A DNA stretch of 63,757 nucleotides, filler included. It is 8 parts of 8 records of this genome, joined end to end, with 100 filler letters (N's around TTAATTAATTAA, not from the genome) between each part and the next. Parts side by side here need not be neighbours in the genome. Positions count along the whole stretch, not along the records: positions 38,626 to 42,239 come from SRR20825010_2187; positions 42,340 to 52,951 come from SRR20825010_2188; 6 more parts are not named here. One strand, written 5' to 3'. A model generated the notes under the pieces. The model was given only the letters and a program-made list of their open reading frames with translations. It was not told where the DNA came from and made no database searches. How positions within the stretch are numbered: position 1 is the stretch's first letter; each line of letters opens with the position of its first letter. Of the stretch, positions 41,304 through 52,287 are shown in pieces. The position numbers and the translations under genes are program-made.

Positions 41304-42179
41304 ATGAGAAATCGCTGCTCGCTGAGCCTGTTTCTGCTGCTACTGCTGTCTGTCCCGGAAAGGAGTTTTGCTGTGGAATCTTTCCAGCAGATCAATGATA
41401 TTGAATACGCGACCGCCGACAACCATCGGCTCCTGCTCGATCTCTATCTTCCAAAAGCAAAAAAGCCAACTCTTCTGGTCTGGATTCACGGCGGTGCCTG
41501 GCGCGCGGGATCCAAAGCGAACATGCCGCTTATTGATCTGGTACAACACGGCTTCGCTGTCGCCAGTGTCGATTACCGTCTTTCTCCCGTTGCGAAGTTT
41601 CCGGCACAGATTTACGACATCAAAGCCGCCATCCGCTTCCTGCGTGGCTCCGCCGAAAAATATGGATACAATGCCGACAAGATCGGCATCCTCGGTTCTT
41701 CCGCCGGCGGCCATCTCGTTGCTTTAATGGGTGTCACCAACGGCAACCAGCAGCTCGAAGGAGATCTCGGCGACTTCGACAACCAATCATCCAGCGTGCA
41801 GGCCATCGTCGATTATTTCGGCCCCACCAACTTCATGACGATCCTCCCCCAATCCACACCGCACGGCTTAAGTGTCCGCGTTCCCGCACTGGAACTCTTG
41901 CTCGGCGATCGACCGGAAAACAGACCGGAACTGGCCAAACTCGCCAGCCCCGTCTTTCACGTGGACGACAAAGACCCGCCGCTGCTCATGATCCACGGCG
42001 ATCAGGATCCGCAGGTCCCCATCAACCAGTCACATGAGCTGCAAGGCAAATACAAACAGCACAACCTGGACGTCACCTTCGAAGTAATTCACGGCGGTGC
42101 ACACGGCGGGCCGGAATTCTTCGACAAAGAACGCATGAAACTCGTCAAAGATTTTCTCCGCAAGCATCTCACTAAGTAG
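41304..42179 (+). CDS. Secreted alpha/beta hydrolase (HSL/BD-FAE-like esterase)
   Basis: Signal peptide; IHGGAW, GSSAGG nucleophile elbow, HGDQD, GAHG. Confidence 0.9.
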   Translation: MRNRCSLSLFLLLLLSVPERSFAVESFQQINDIEYATADNHRLLLDLYLPKAKKPTLLVWIHGGAWRAGSKANMPLIDLVQHGFAVASVDYRLSPVAKFPAQIYDIKAAIRFLRGSAEKYGYNADKIGILGSSAGGHLVALMGVTNGNQQLEGDLGDFDNQSSSVQAIVDYFGPTNFMTILPQSTPHGLSVRVPALELLLGDRPENRPELAKLASPVFHVDDKDPPLLMIHGDQDPQVPINQSHELQGKYKQHNLDVTFEVIHGGAHGGPEFFDKERMKLVKDFLRKHLTK

Positions 42180-42340
42180 GGGGCGTCCCATGCGTCGGCC
42201 CACCTCGCGAAGCTCTTGCAGTTCACACCTGAAAAGAGGNNNNNNNNNNNNNNNNNNNNNNNNNNNNNNNNNNNNNNNNNNNNTTAATTAATTAANNNNN
42301 NNNNNNNNNNNNNNNNNNNNNNNNNNNNNNNNNNNNNNNG

Positions 42341-42859
42341 TACCCAAAAGATTTCACTTTTGTTTGTCCGACCGAGCTTTTTGCCTTTCAACAAAACCTA
42401 AGTGAGTTTGAAAAGAGAAATACCATTGTTATCGGAGCTTCTTGTGATACTGCCGAAGTACATTTTGCTTGGTTGAACACCGAAAAGGACAATGGAGGCA
42501 TCGAAGGAGTTACCTACCCTATCGTTTCTGACAGCAATAGAAACTTGGCATCCGCATTGGGCATCTTGGACATTATGAAAGAAGACTATAACGAAGAGAC
42601 CAACTCTGTTGTAGTGGAAGGCGACAACGTAACATACAGAGCTACGTACTTGATTGATGAAGAAGGAACCGTATTCCACGAAAGTATCAACCACATGCCG
42701 TTGGGAAGAAACGTAAAGGAATTTTTGCGTTTGGTAGATGCCTACACCCACGTGCAGGAAAAAGGTGAGGTTTGCCCAGCCAACTGGGAAGAAGGAAAAC
42801 AAGCCATGAATGCGGACAGAGCCGGTGTTTCCGATTACTTGGCCAATCACGTAAACTAA
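42341..42859 (+). CDS. ahpC: 2-Cys peroxiredoxin AhpC (5' truncated)
   Basis: YPKDFTFVCPTE read at contig start; GRNV, GEVCPANW. Confidence 0.92.
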   Translation, partial: YPKDFTFVCPTELFAFQQNLSEFEKRNTIVIGASCDTAEVHFAWLNTEKDNGGIEGVTYPIVSDSNRNLASALGILDIMKEDYNEETNSVVVEGDNVTYRATYLIDEEGTVFHESINHMPLGRNVKEFLRLVDAYTHVQEKGEVCPANWEEGKQAMNADRAGVSDYLANHVN

Positions 42860-42866
42860 GAGCGCT

Positions 42867-43181
42867 ATGGTTGTAGAATTGGACAAAGACAATTTAAGCG
42901 AGGTCATTGCCAACAATGACAACGTAGTGGTGCAGTACAGCGCATCTTGGTGCGGCAACTGTAGGATCATGAAGCCAAAGTTCAAAAAGGAAGCGTCTTT
43001 GAACGAGAACGTAACCTTTGTTATGGTCGATGCCGAAAAATTCCCGGAATCCAGAAAACTGGCCAATGTGGACAACCTACCCACTTTCGCCGCTTTTTCA
43101 AAAGGATCTTTGAAGAATCAGGTGCAGACCAATAAGTATGATGTTTTAAAAGACTTGATCCATGAAGTTGCCCATAATTAA
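42867..43181 (+). CDS. Thioredoxin family protein
   Basis: WCGNC active site, 104 aa. Confidence 0.9.
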   Translation: MVVELDKDNLSEVIANNDNVVVQYSASWCGNCRIMKPKFKKEASLNENVTFVMVDAEKFPESRKLANVDNLPTFAAFSKGSLKNQVQTNKYDVLKDLIHEVAHN

Positions 43182-43419
43182 ACAATTGGTCAATTTTGCC
43201 GAGGAGCACGATGAGGACTACTTGCAGGAAACTGCGGATACCCTCGAAAGTGTTTGCGAAGTTTCCAGTTTAAAAGATGAGGAACTGGATATGATCGGGG
43301 AATTGATCTCCAATATTTACGGAGCCATCGAAGTGACGCATGAAATCAAGAACGGTACTCCCAAAAAGGAAGCACTCAATGGTTTTATGTCGAGGGTGCT
43401 TGGCTCTATAGACAAGTAA
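43162..43419 (+). CDS. Conserved small protein (DUF6952-like)
   Basis: MKLPIIK...ELDMIGELISN...ALNGFMSRVLGSID; coupled to trx. Confidence 0.75.
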   Translation: MKLPIIKQLVNFAEEHDEDYLQETADTLESVCEVSSLKDEELDMIGELISNIYGAIEVTHEIKNGTPKKEALNGFMSRVLGSIDK

Positions 43420-43447
43420 CGGACATTGTCACAAACACTATAATAAG

Positions 43448-43482
43448 AACCTTCCCGGAACAGACTTCGGGAAGGTTTTTTT
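43448..43482 (+). terminator. Intrinsic terminator
   Basis: aaccttcccg / cgggaaggtt stem then T-run. Confidence 0.8.
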
Positions 43483-43514
43483 AGTATTTTTGGTTCCGAA
43501 TCAAAACTACTACT

Positions 43515-44021
43515 ATGGCAACTGTAACACTTAAAGGAAATGAAATTCATACACTTGGCAACCTACCAGAAAATGGTTCCCAAGCCCCAAGCTTTACTTT
43601 AGTAAAAACCGACCTTTCCTCCACTAGCCTATCCGATTACAAGGGTAAAAAGGTTGTTCTTAATATTTTTCCCAGCATCGATACGGGAACTTGTGCGCAA
43701 TCTGTGCGACAGTTCAACCAAGAAGCTGCTGAATTGGATAATACCGCAATATTGTGCATCTCCAAAGATTTGCCTTTCGCCCAGGCACGTTTTTGTGGCG
43801 CAGAAGGTATTGACAAAGTAGAGACCCTTTCCGATTTTAGGGATGGGAACTTTGGTAAATCCTACCATGTTGAGTTTACTGATGGTCCGTTACAAGGATT
43901 GTTATCTCGCTCCGTTGTAGTGGTCAATGAAAATGGAGAGGTAGTTTACTCTGAACAGGTATCGGAAACTGTAGATGAGCCAAATTACAAAGCCGCTCTT
44001 GAAGCTTTGATGGATGCCTAA
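43515..44021 (+). CDS. tpx: Thiol peroxidase Tpx
   Basis: FPSIDTGTC, SKDLPFAQARFCG. Confidence 0.95.
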   Translation: MATVTLKGNEIHTLGNLPENGSQAPSFTLVKTDLSSTSLSDYKGKKVVLNIFPSIDTGTCAQSVRQFNQEAAELDNTAILCISKDLPFAQARFCGAEGIDKVETLSDFRDGNFGKSYHVEFTDGPLQGLLSRSVVVVNENGEVVYSEQVSETVDEPNYKAALEALMDA

Positions 44022-44379
44022 AGAATCTTTTTTTAAGAACAGGATCAAAAGCATTGGCTTTGCCCTTAAGGGCATGTTTCTGTTGTTACGGACAGAACCC
44101 AGCATCAAAATCCAGTTCTTTATCACATTGATTGTCACTGCTTGTGGCTTTTACTTTGAAATCTCCTCCACCGAATGGATAGTTCAGGTTTTGGCGATAG
44201 GGATGGTGATGGGCGTAGAAGGTGTTAACACGGCCATTGAAAAAATCTGCGACTATATCCAGCCCAATTTGGATCCTAAGATTGGTTTTATAAAAGATAT
44301 TTCCGCAGGGGCCGTTATGATAGTATCAGTCTTGGCAAGTATTATAGGTTTGATCATCTATGTCCCCAAGATTTTTTAG
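44014..44379 (+). CDS. dgkA: Diacylglycerol/undecaprenol kinase family
   Basis: EGVNTAIEK, IKDISAGAV, three TM helices. Confidence 0.85.
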   Translation: MPKESFFKNRIKSIGFALKGMFLLLRTEPSIKIQFFITLIVTACGFYFEISSTEWIVQVLAIGMVMGVEGVNTAIEKICDYIQPNLDPKIGFIKDISAGAVMIVSVLASIIGLIIYVPKIF

Positions 44380-44441
44380 TAAAATCCAAGACCCCGAGTA
44401 GCAACGTAAATTTGTAACTTAGCCCTGCTTAAAAACGATTA

Positions 44442-46832
44442 ATGGCCAAAAAAAGAACAAAATCAAAATCAAAAAAAACTACCACAACTGCCAAAAGGAA
44501 GCTGTCCTTTAAACCTTCCAAGCAGAACAAGATTATTTTCGGTAGTCTTTTGATCGTTCTCAGCATAGCGCTTTTCTTCTCCTTCATGTCTTTCTATTTT
44601 ACATGGCAGGAAGATCAGAGTATGCTATCACAATTTGCAGACCGCAATGTCGAAGCCAGCAATCTGCTCAACAAATTTGGTGCCAACGTAAGCCACTTTT
44701 TTATGTACCGGGGATTTGGGCTTGCCTCCTTTGTATTCCCTTTTTTATTGGCCATTACCGGACTCTATTTATTTCTTGGTTTAGATGGCAAGCGACTGAT
44801 ATACAAATGGATTTGGGGATTGGTCGGAGTTATCTGGGGGTCTATTGCCTTGGGCTTTTTTGCGGCCGATTATCCTCTTTTAGGCGGACTGATAGGTTAT
44901 GAGATGAACGATTTTCTTCAAGATTACACTGGTAAAATTGGTGTGTTCTTGATTCTGATATTTGTTTTGATGGTAATCTTGGTGCGATTGTTCAATTTCA
45001 CCCCCGAAGGGTTCGCCAACTTCTTCAGACGACAAAAACAAAAGATAAAATCAGATTTTAAGGAAGAACCAACTGTCCACACCAAGGATACCCCAGTTCA
45101 AGAAGATGACGAAGACGGTCTGATATTGACCACAGAAGAGACGGTTCCCGAAAAAGTGGACACCTACACGCATAAAAAAGATATTCCTCCTTTGGATGAA
45201 GCTGGGCTCGACGTAAACATTCCCGAAGAGGAAGAATCAGACATAGCATTAAAAGTCGAGGAAACTCCGGTTGAGGAAGAAGAAACCGATGCCAAAGCAG
45301 CCAAACTGGTAGAGGATTTTGGAGAGTTCGACCCCAAATTGGAATTGGGCAACTACAAATTCCCTACCATGGACCTGCTCGAAGCACATGGGGCTTCCGG
45401 TGGAATCACCATCAATCAAGAGGAGCTTGAGGAAAACAAAAACCGAATCGTTAGCACCCTCAAAAACTATAAAATTGGGATTGCGCAGATCAAAGCGACC
45501 ATAGGTCCGACCGTAACCCTATACGAGATTGTTCCAGAGGCCGGAATCCGAATCTCCAAGATCAAAAACTTGGAAGACGACATCGCTTTGTCATTGGCTG
45601 CATTGGGTATCCGAATCATCGCCCCTATTCCCGGAAAAGGAACCGTGGGTATCGAGGTACCGAACAAAAACGCCACCATCGTTTCCATGCGCTCGGTGAT
45701 TGCATCGAATAAATTCCAAAAGGCAGAGATGGAACTGCCGATTGCCTTCGGAAAAACCATCAGCAACGAAACATTTGTGGTGGATTTGGCCAAAATGCCC
45801 CACTTGCTCATGGCAGGTGCCACCGGTCAAGGTAAATCCGTGGGTCTAAATGCCGTCATTACTTCCCTCCTCTACAAAAAGCATCCAGCGGAGGTCAAAT
45901 TTATATTTGTTGACCCCAAAAAAGTGGAATTGACCCTCTATAACAAAATTGAGCGTCATTTCTTGGCCAAATTACCAGATTCCGATGAGGCCATCATAAC
46001 GGACAATACCAAAGTAATCAACACTTTGAACTCTCTCTGCATTGAAATGGACAACCGCTACGAGCTGCTAAAAACGGCAATGGTACGTAATATTAAAGAG
46101 TATAATGTGAAGTTCAAGGCGAGAAAGCTCAACCCGAACGACGGGCACAAATTTCTTCCCTACATTGTTTTGGTGATAGATGAGTTCGCCGATTTGATCA
46201 TGACAGCTGGCAAAGAAGTGGAAACACCCATTGCCAGATTGGCACAGTTGGCACGTGCCATCGGTATTCACTTGATCATTGCAACACAAAGACCTTCGGT
46301 AAACGTGATTACGGGTATTATCAAAGCAAACTTCCCGGCGCGGATTGCGTTCAGGGTAACTTCAAAAATCGACTCAAGAACCATTTTGGACGCCCAGGGG
46401 GCCGACCAGCTCATTGGTCGAGGGGATATGCTCTACACTCAAGGGAACGATGTTACCCGATTGCAATGTGCCTTCGTTGATACACCCGAAGTAGCCAAAA
46501 TCACCGATTACATTGGATCACAGCGTGCCTATCCGGAAGCCCACTTGCTGCCAGAGTATGTAGGTGAAGAATCTGGCACAAGTCTTGATAATGATATCGA
46601 GGACAGGGATGCCATGTTCCGGGAAGCTGCCGAAGTAATCGTTACAGCGCAGCAAGGTTCGGCCTCTTTGATCCAACGAAAATTAAAATTGGGATACAAT
46701 CGTGCCGGTAGAATCATAGATCAATTAGAAGCTGCCGGAATTGTTGGGCCATTTGAAGGCAGTAAGGCCCGACAGGTTTTGGTCCCCGATATGTATGCCT
46801 TAGATCAATTATTAGAAAATGAAGCAAAATAA
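44442..46832 (+). CDS. ftsK: DNA translocase FtsK
   Basis: 4TM N-domain, PHLLMAGATGQGKS, IDEFADL, ATQRPS, gamma domain QRKLKLGYNRAGR. Confidence 0.97.
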   Translation: MAKKRTKSKSKKTTTTAKRKLSFKPSKQNKIIFGSLLIVLSIALFFSFMSFYFTWQEDQSMLSQFADRNVEASNLLNKFGANVSHFFMYRGFGLASFVFPFLLAITGLYLFLGLDGKRLIYKWIWGLVGVIWGSIALGFFAADYPLLGGLIGYEMNDFLQDYTGKIGVFLILIFVLMVILVRLFNFTPEGFANFFRRQKQKIKSDFKEEPTVHTKDTPVQEDDEDGLILTTEETVPEKVDTYTHKKDIPPLDEAGLDVNIPEEEESDIALKVEETPVEEEETDAKAAKLVEDFGEFDPKLELGNYKFPTMDLLEAHGASGGITINQEELEENKNRIVSTLKNYKIGIAQIKATIGPTVTLYEIVPEAGIRISKIKNLEDDIALSLAALGIRIIAPIPGKGTVGIEVPNKNATIVSMRSVIASNKFQKAEMELPIAFGKTISNETFVVDLAKMPHLLMAGATGQGKSVGLNAVITSLLYKKHPAEVKFIFVDPKKVELTLYNKIERHFLAKLPDSDEAIITDNTKVINTLNSLCIEMDNRYELLKTAMVRNIKEYNVKFKARKLNPNDGHKFLPYIVLVIDEFADLIMTAGKEVETPIARLAQLARAIGIHLIIATQRPSVNVITGIIKANFPARIAFRVTSKIDSRTILDAQGADQLIGRGDMLYTQGNDVTRLQCAFVDTPEVAKITDYIGSQRAYPEAHLLPEYVGEESGTSLDNDIEDRDAMFREAAEVIVTAQQGSASLIQRKLKLGYNRAGRIIDQLEAAGIVGPFEGSKARQVLVPDMYALDQLLENEAK

Positions 46833-47484
46833 AATCATGATCAAGAAAAGTATTCTTTTTATAACATTGTTTGCAGTTGGACTTTTTTCTTACGGGCAAA
46901 ACTCAGGTAAAGCAAAAGCTTTGTTGGACGAGGTGTACAACAAAGTACAGAGCTACGATAATATTTATATTGATTTCCAATCCACTTTGGAGAACACAGA
47001 GGCCAACCTAAAACAAGAAACCAACGGAAACGTGACCTTGGATGGTGAAAAGTACCTACTGAACTATTTTGGGGCCAAGCAAATGTACGATGGCAAAAAA
47101 GTCTACACCGTAGTGCCCGAAAACGAAGAGGTTACCATTGAGGACGTTAATGAGGACAACGACAACGTAAGCCCTTCCAAAATGTTGACCTTTTACAAAA
47201 CGGGGCATAATTACGAATGGGACATCCTTCAAAATGTGGGGGGCAGGAAAATTCAATACGTAAAATTGATTCCGATTGATTCCAATACCGAGATCAAATC
47301 AGTGCTTTTGGGAATCGATACGCAAACAAAACACATCTACAAGCTGATCCAAACGGGAAGCAATGGTACCAAAACCACTATTACCGTTAATTCTTTCAAA
47401 ACCAATCAGCCCATATCGAGTACTCTGTTTACCTTTGACGAGAAAAAGTACGAGGACAAAGGGTACTACATCATAAGAAACTAG
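46819..47484 (+). CDS. lolA: Outer-membrane lipoprotein carrier LolA family
   Basis: Signal peptide, YDGKKVY...EEVTI, FTFD; canonical ftsK-lolA order. Confidence 0.85.
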   Translation: MKQNKIMIKKSILFITLFAVGLFSYGQNSGKAKALLDEVYNKVQSYDNIYIDFQSTLENTEANLKQETNGNVTLDGEKYLLNYFGAKQMYDGKKVYTVVPENEEVTIEDVNEDNDNVSPSKMLTFYKTGHNYEWDILQNVGGRKIQYVKLIPIDSNTEIKSVLLGIDTQTKHIYKLIQTGSNGTKTTITVNSFKTNQPISSTLFTFDEKKYEDKGYYIIRN

Positions 47485-47487
47485 GCA

Positions 47488-48981
47488 TTGAAAATACTTG
47501 ACCAGTATATACTAAGAAGATTTCTTTACAACTTCTTCAGTTCCTTTTTCATCCTGATCGTCATATTCATTTTTCAGGGAATATGGCTTTTCATCGATGA
47601 TTTAGCTGGAAAGGGACTGGGCATGGTCATTATTGGCAAGTTTATTTTTTACTTTATTCCCACATTGGTGGACAAAGTACTGCCCCTCACAGTACTCCTC
47701 TCCTCCATCCTTACCTTTGGTACGTTTGCGGAAAACTATGAGTTCGCCGCCATGAAAGCTTCCGGGATATCCCTACAAAGAGGGATGCGCAGCCTTATCG
47801 TATTTGTATTGTTCTTGGGATTGGTGACCTTCTTTTTTGCCAATGATGTTATCCCAAAATCCGAACAAAAAATGTTCAATCTTAGACGGAACATCGCCAA
47901 GGTGAAACCAGCCGCGGCAATTACCGAAGGTGTTTTTAGCGACTTTGAGGGAACCGGTCAAGGAATGAACATCAAGGTGGATAAAAAATATGGCGAACAG
48001 GACCGTTTTTTGGACAATGTAATCATCCACAAGAAAACGGACCAAAACATCAATAATACGGTCATCAAGGCCAAAGCGGGTGAATTGATCAGTAGCGAGG
48101 AATCCGATATTATCCAATTGGTACTGAAAGATGGGAATTACTACGAAGAAATCGTAAAAAAAGACGCCCAAGAAAAACGCAAACAACCCTTTGCAAAATC
48201 CAATTTTGATACCTACACCATCAATATTGACATTTCGGAACTCAACGACCAAGATTTGGAAGAGGACCAAAATATCACCACCAACAAAATGAAAAATGTT
48301 GGCCGCCTGATCAAGGACATCGATTCCCTACGGGAAAACAATCTGGAAAAAGTAACGGCGTTTTCCAAAAACGTGGTGAACCGTATGGGAGCCTTTCCTG
48401 TTAAGGCACCCATAGACACTACAACACAGAAATTAGAACTTTTAAAGGCAAAGGACACCATTCAAAGGGATTCCATTAAAAGTATTGACCAATTTGTGTC
48501 CGGTTTAGAACAATGGGAACAGATTCAAGTCATGAAAAAAGCTCTGAACGAGGTTTCCAGTATCATAAATACGGTAGATTCCAAAAAAGACGAACTCCAG
48601 AGCCGATATAAATTTTACAACAGCCATATATTGTCGCTGCATCAAAAATACGCGCTTGCACTTTCCTGCATTATCCTATTTTTTGTGGGGGCACCTTTGG
48701 GAGCCATCATCCGTAAAGGAGGGTTGGGATTGCCCATGGTTGTGGCCATTATCCTATTTTTGACCTATTACTTTATCGGCGTATTTGCCGGTAATTATGC
48801 CAAGGAAGGAAACATTCATCCCGCTATCGGAGCCTGGCTGCCCACTATGATCATGCTGCCGTTGGGCATTTCGCTGACCAGAAGGGCTACTGCTGACAAG
48901 GGATTAGTAGGGTTTGGTCATTTTATAGACCGTATCAAATCATTATTTAAAAAGAAAGAGAAAGAAGCTGAAGACCAATGA
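47488..48981 (+). CDS. LptF/LptG family LPS export permease
   Basis: [25 protein letters not shown]...RKGG. Confidence 0.9.
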   Translation: MKILDQYILRRFLYNFFSSFFILIVIFIFQGIWLFIDDLAGKGLGMVIIGKFIFYFIPTLVDKVLPLTVLLSSILTFGTFAENYEFAAMKASGISLQRGMRSLIVFVLFLGLVTFFFANDVIPKSEQKMFNLRRNIAKVKPAAAITEGVFSDFEGTGQGMNIKVDKKYGEQDRFLDNVIIHKKTDQNINNTVIKAKAGELISSEESDIIQLVLKDGNYYEEIVKKDAQEKRKQPFAKSNFDTYTINIDISELNDQDLEEDQNITTNKMKNVGRLIKDIDSLRENNLEKVTAFSKNVVNRMGAFPVKAPIDTTTQKLELLKAKDTIQRDSIKSIDQFVSGLEQWEQIQVMKKALNEVSSIINTVDSKKDELQSRYKFYNSHILSLHQKYALALSCIILFFVGAPLGAIIRKGGLGLPMVVAIILFLTYYFIGVFAGNYAKEGNIHPAIGAWLPTMIMLPLGISLTRRATADKGLVGFGHFIDRIKSLFKKKEKEAEDQ

Positions 48982-50117
48982 TCGCCAAGGATAAAAAAAT
49001 ACAATTGAACGCCATTGAAGAAGCCATTGCCGACATTAGAGACGGTAAGGTAATTATTGTAGTTGATGATGAAAACCGAGAAAACGAAGGTGATTTTATT
49101 GCCGCTGCCGAGAAGGTCACCCCCGAAATGATCAATTTTATGGCCATGCACGGTCGTGGGCTTATCTGCGCGCCACTTACGGAAGATAGATGCGAAGAAC
49201 TGGAATTGAACATGATGGTGCAGAACAACACTGTACTTCATCAAACTCAGTTTACCGTATCCGTGGATTTATTGGGATATGGTTGTACTACAGGTATCTC
49301 GGTCCATGATCGGGCCAAGACCATAGCTGCGCTTGTAAATAAAGACATAAAACCTCACGAGTTAGGGAAACCTGGTCATATCTTCCCTTTGAGGGCCAAA
49401 AATGGAGGTGTTCTACGCCGTTCCGGACATACAGAAGCTGCTATTGATTTTGCACGATTGGCGGGATTGGAACCAGCCGGTATTTTGGTTGAAATATTGA
49501 ATGAAGACGGAACAATGGCCCGTTTGCCACAACTATTGAAAGTGGCCGAAAAGTTTGATCTTAAAATTGTTTCGATTGAGGATTTGATCGCCTATCGAAT
49601 GGAACACGATAGCTTGATAGAGCTCAAGGAAGCTTTTAACATACAAACAAGGTTTGGCGAGTTCCGTTTGAGAGCTTACAAGCAAACCACGAACGACCAA
49701 ATCCATATCGCCCTTTTGAAAGGAAATTGGAAAACCGGGGAGCCTGTGCTGACACGAATCAACTCTACCTTGGTGAACAACGATATTCTGGGCACCCTGA
49801 CCAATAATCCGGATGAGGCGCTTCAGCACATGTTCGATGCCTTGAACAAAGAGGAGAAGAGTGCCATGATTTTTATTAACCAAGGGAACCAATCCATGAA
49901 CTTGTTGAACAGACTGTCCGAATTCAAAAAATTACAGGACGAAGGCATAAGTAAAGCCCCTAAAGTTGAAATGGACAATAAAGATTTTGGCATTGGAGCT
50001 CAAATACTGCATGATATCAACATCTCCAAGATTAGATTATTGACAAACTCTGGTCAAACCAAACGTGTGGGCATGGTAGGCTACGGTCTTGAAATTGTGG
50101 AGTATGTGAATTACTAA
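48978..50117 (+). CDS. ribB: DHBP synthase RibB fused to a degenerate GTP cyclohydrolase II domain
   Basis: [35 protein letters not shown]-domain [14 protein letters not shown] without Zn-Cys. Confidence 0.92.
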   Translation: MIAKDKKIQLNAIEEAIADIRDGKVIIVVDDENRENEGDFIAAAEKVTPEMINFMAMHGRGLICAPLTEDRCEELELNMMVQNNTVLHQTQFTVSVDLLGYGCTTGISVHDRAKTIAALVNKDIKPHELGKPGHIFPLRAKNGGVLRRSGHTEAAIDFARLAGLEPAGILVEILNEDGTMARLPQLLKVAEKFDLKIVSIEDLIAYRMEHDSLIELKEAFNIQTRFGEFRLRAYKQTTNDQIHIALLKGNWKTGEPVLTRINSTLVNNDILGTLTNNPDEALQHMFDALNKEEKSAMIFINQGNQSMNLLNRLSEFKKLQDEGISKAPKVEMDNKDFGIGAQILHDINISKIRLLTNSGQTKRVGMVGYGLEIVEYVNY

Positions 50118-50145
50118 CAGACGATTCCAGTTCCACTGATCACCA

Positions 50146-51339
50146 TCAGATTGATGCCTTTATGGCCTCTGCCATTGTGTTGGCCCGGGCAACGGTTTCT
50201 TCTTCCGACCATCCCAATTTAATCAAACAGGATATGTTTCTGGACATCCATTTATCAGATTCGGAAAAATCAGCTTTGCTGTAATCGGGCAAAGCCTCTT
50301 GTACATCTTTTGGCAGCTTACCCAAAGATTTCAAATTAGTGAGATGTTCCCATTTTTTATAGTAGTGCCAGTTATTGTCGTACCAATAAAAACAACCATC
50401 CACCCCTGCCTCAATCAATTCTTGATGGGCCACTTGGGCCAATTCTTCTGTAGGCATGAAAAAGTTTAGAAATGAATAGTTCTCCTCTCCCCCATCTGGA
50501 ACAGTTCTAAAAACAACCTCGGGAATATTGGACAACGCTTCCCTCAAAATGGTATAATTCCGCTTTTGAATGGCCAAAAACTCATCCAAACGGGCCAATT
50601 GGGCAACACCTACTGCGGCATTCATTTCAGAGATTCTAAAATTATATCCTAAAAATGGGTGTTCTTCCGCCCCTCTGTTGTTTCCCATATGATCATGACC
50701 GTGATCGGAATATTTATGGGCATTTTCATAATAATCGTGATTGTTGGTAATCATTGCACCGCCTTCTCCACAAGTAATAGTTTTTACATAATCAAAAGAA
50801 AAACAGCCCAAATCTCCAATACTCCCCAGTGGTTTTCCATTATAGGTGCCTCCTATGGCCTGACAGGCATCTTCCAGTAATAACAGACCATGTTTGTTAC
50901 AAATGGCTTTCAAAGCATATAAATTGGCCATAGAACCACACATGTGCACGGGCATCACCACTTTGGTCTGTGGGGTAATGGCCTTTTCGACCGCCTCAGG
51001 TTTCAAGGTAAGGGTATCATCAATGTCGACCAAAATAGGTACTGCTCCCAAAGCGAGAATGGACTCAAAACTGGCTACAAAGGTAAAAGTAGGTATAATC
51101 ACTTCATCCCCCGCTCCAACTCCTGCACTGGCCAAAGCCACTGTCAATGCAGCAGTTCCACTGCTCACAACATGTGTATATTTGGATTGCATTCGTTGGG
51201 ACAGTCCGGACTCCAGCTCCTTGGTTTTCCAATGTCCGTTTCGCAAATCATCAAACCCGTAGCGCATGAGCACTCCGGAGTCCATTACATCTTGTACTTC
51301 TTTTCTCTCCTTATCCCCAAAGAGTTCAAATCCCGGCAT
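50146..51339 (-). CDS. DegT-family PLP aminotransferase, KdnA-like (8-amino-Kdo synthesis)
   Basis: MPGFELFG N-terminus, EDACQA, SFDYVKTITCGEGG, DHGHDH, YWYDNNWHY. Confidence 0.8.
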   Translation of the reverse strand: MPGFELFGDKERKEVQDVMDSGVLMRYGFDDLRNGHWKTKELESGLSQRMQSKYTHVVSSGTAALTVALASAGVGAGDEVIIPTFTFVASFESILALGAVPILVDIDDTLTLKPEAVEKAITPQTKVVMPVHMCGSMANLYALKAICNKHGLLLLEDACQAIGGTYNGKPLGSIGDLGCFSFDYVKTITCGEGGAMITNNHDYYENAHKYSDHGHDHMGNNRGAEEHPFLGYNFRISEMNAAVGVAQLARLDEFLAIQKRNYTILREALSNIPEVVFRTVPDGGEENYSFLNFFMPTEELAQVAHQELIEAGVDGCFYWYDNNWHYYKKWEHLTNLKSLGKLPKDVQEALPDYSKADFSESDKWMSRNISCLIKLGWSEEETVARANTMAEAIKASI

Positions 51340-51351
51340 AGTAAATATTAT

Positions 51352-52104
51352 TTAAAAGAACCATAGTTTGATGGCCATCAAAACCACTGCTATGATCAAA
51401 AACGTTTTTATAAATCCGTCTCCTTTTTTTACAGAAAACCTACTGGCGAACCATGCTCCCGACCCATTTCCGATAGCAAGAACAAGGCCCATTTTCCAAT
51501 CCACTTTATCGTTCAATACAAAAACCGCCAATGCGGCCAACATATAAACAAAAACCACGGCCACTTTGGTCGCATTGGACCTTACTAGATTCATTTGATT
51601 AAAATAATGCAAAAACAGCATCATTAAAAATCCAAGACCCGCATTGATAAAGCCCCCATAGATACCAAAAAAGAAGAAAACCACAAGAGCAATCCAAAGA
51701 TATTTGCCCGTGAGTCGTTCTTGCATCTCGTCTATCCTCATTTTGGGCTTAAAAATGATGATAAGTACTACGGCAATCATTACTATGGCCAAAATCCTAT
51801 TGAAGGTTTCCCCATCAATATCCACTGCAATGTATGCACCTATTATAGCTCCCAAAAAAGCCGATATCCCCAAATAAATATTAAAAGGATACGTAGAAAT
51901 CCCTTTACTCTTGAACCCTGCAGTACCCATCACCGTTTGGATAACAATGGCCACCCGATTGGTGCCGTTGGCAACGGCCGGCGGTAGCCCCAAAAAGATT
52001 AAGGTTGGCAATGACAGTAACGACCCACCCCCTGCTACGGTGTTAATAAACCCCACTGCAAAACCAACAGCAATCAATAGCAAATAATGGTACCACTCAA
52101 GCAT
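51352..52104 (-). CDS. TauE/SafE family sulfite exporter
   Basis: GFINTVAGGGSL, ANGTNR, GIYGGFINAG; multi-TM. Confidence 0.9.
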   Translation of the reverse strand: MLEWYHYLLLIAVGFAVGFINTVAGGGSLLSLPTLIFLGLPPAVANGTNRVAIVIQTVMGTAGFKSKGISTYPFNIYLGISAFLGAIIGAYIAVDIDGETFNRILAIVMIAVVLIIIFKPKMRIDEMQERLTGKYLWIALVVFFFFGIYGGFINAGLGFLMMLFLHYFNQMNLVRSNATKVAVVFVYMLAALAVFVLNDKVDWKMGLVLAIGNGSGAWFASRFSVKKGDGFIKTFLIIAVVLMAIKLWFF

Positions 52105-52287
52105 AAAAACAAAGGTATGACCATTGTTTTGAACGGCATATAGAATTGATGAACTTTAGTAAAATCAAGAATCATCAAAATAAGCAAGAAAGAATACTAC
52201 TAATTTGCCAAAAACATATTTTAATAGTGTTAAAAATGTCATTTTTTTAAAAATTATTACATTTGATTTAACCTTAAATACAATCTC

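Noticed and set aside
42398-43084. 228-aa minus-strand ORF
   Set aside because: Antisense shadow of ahpC and thioredoxin.
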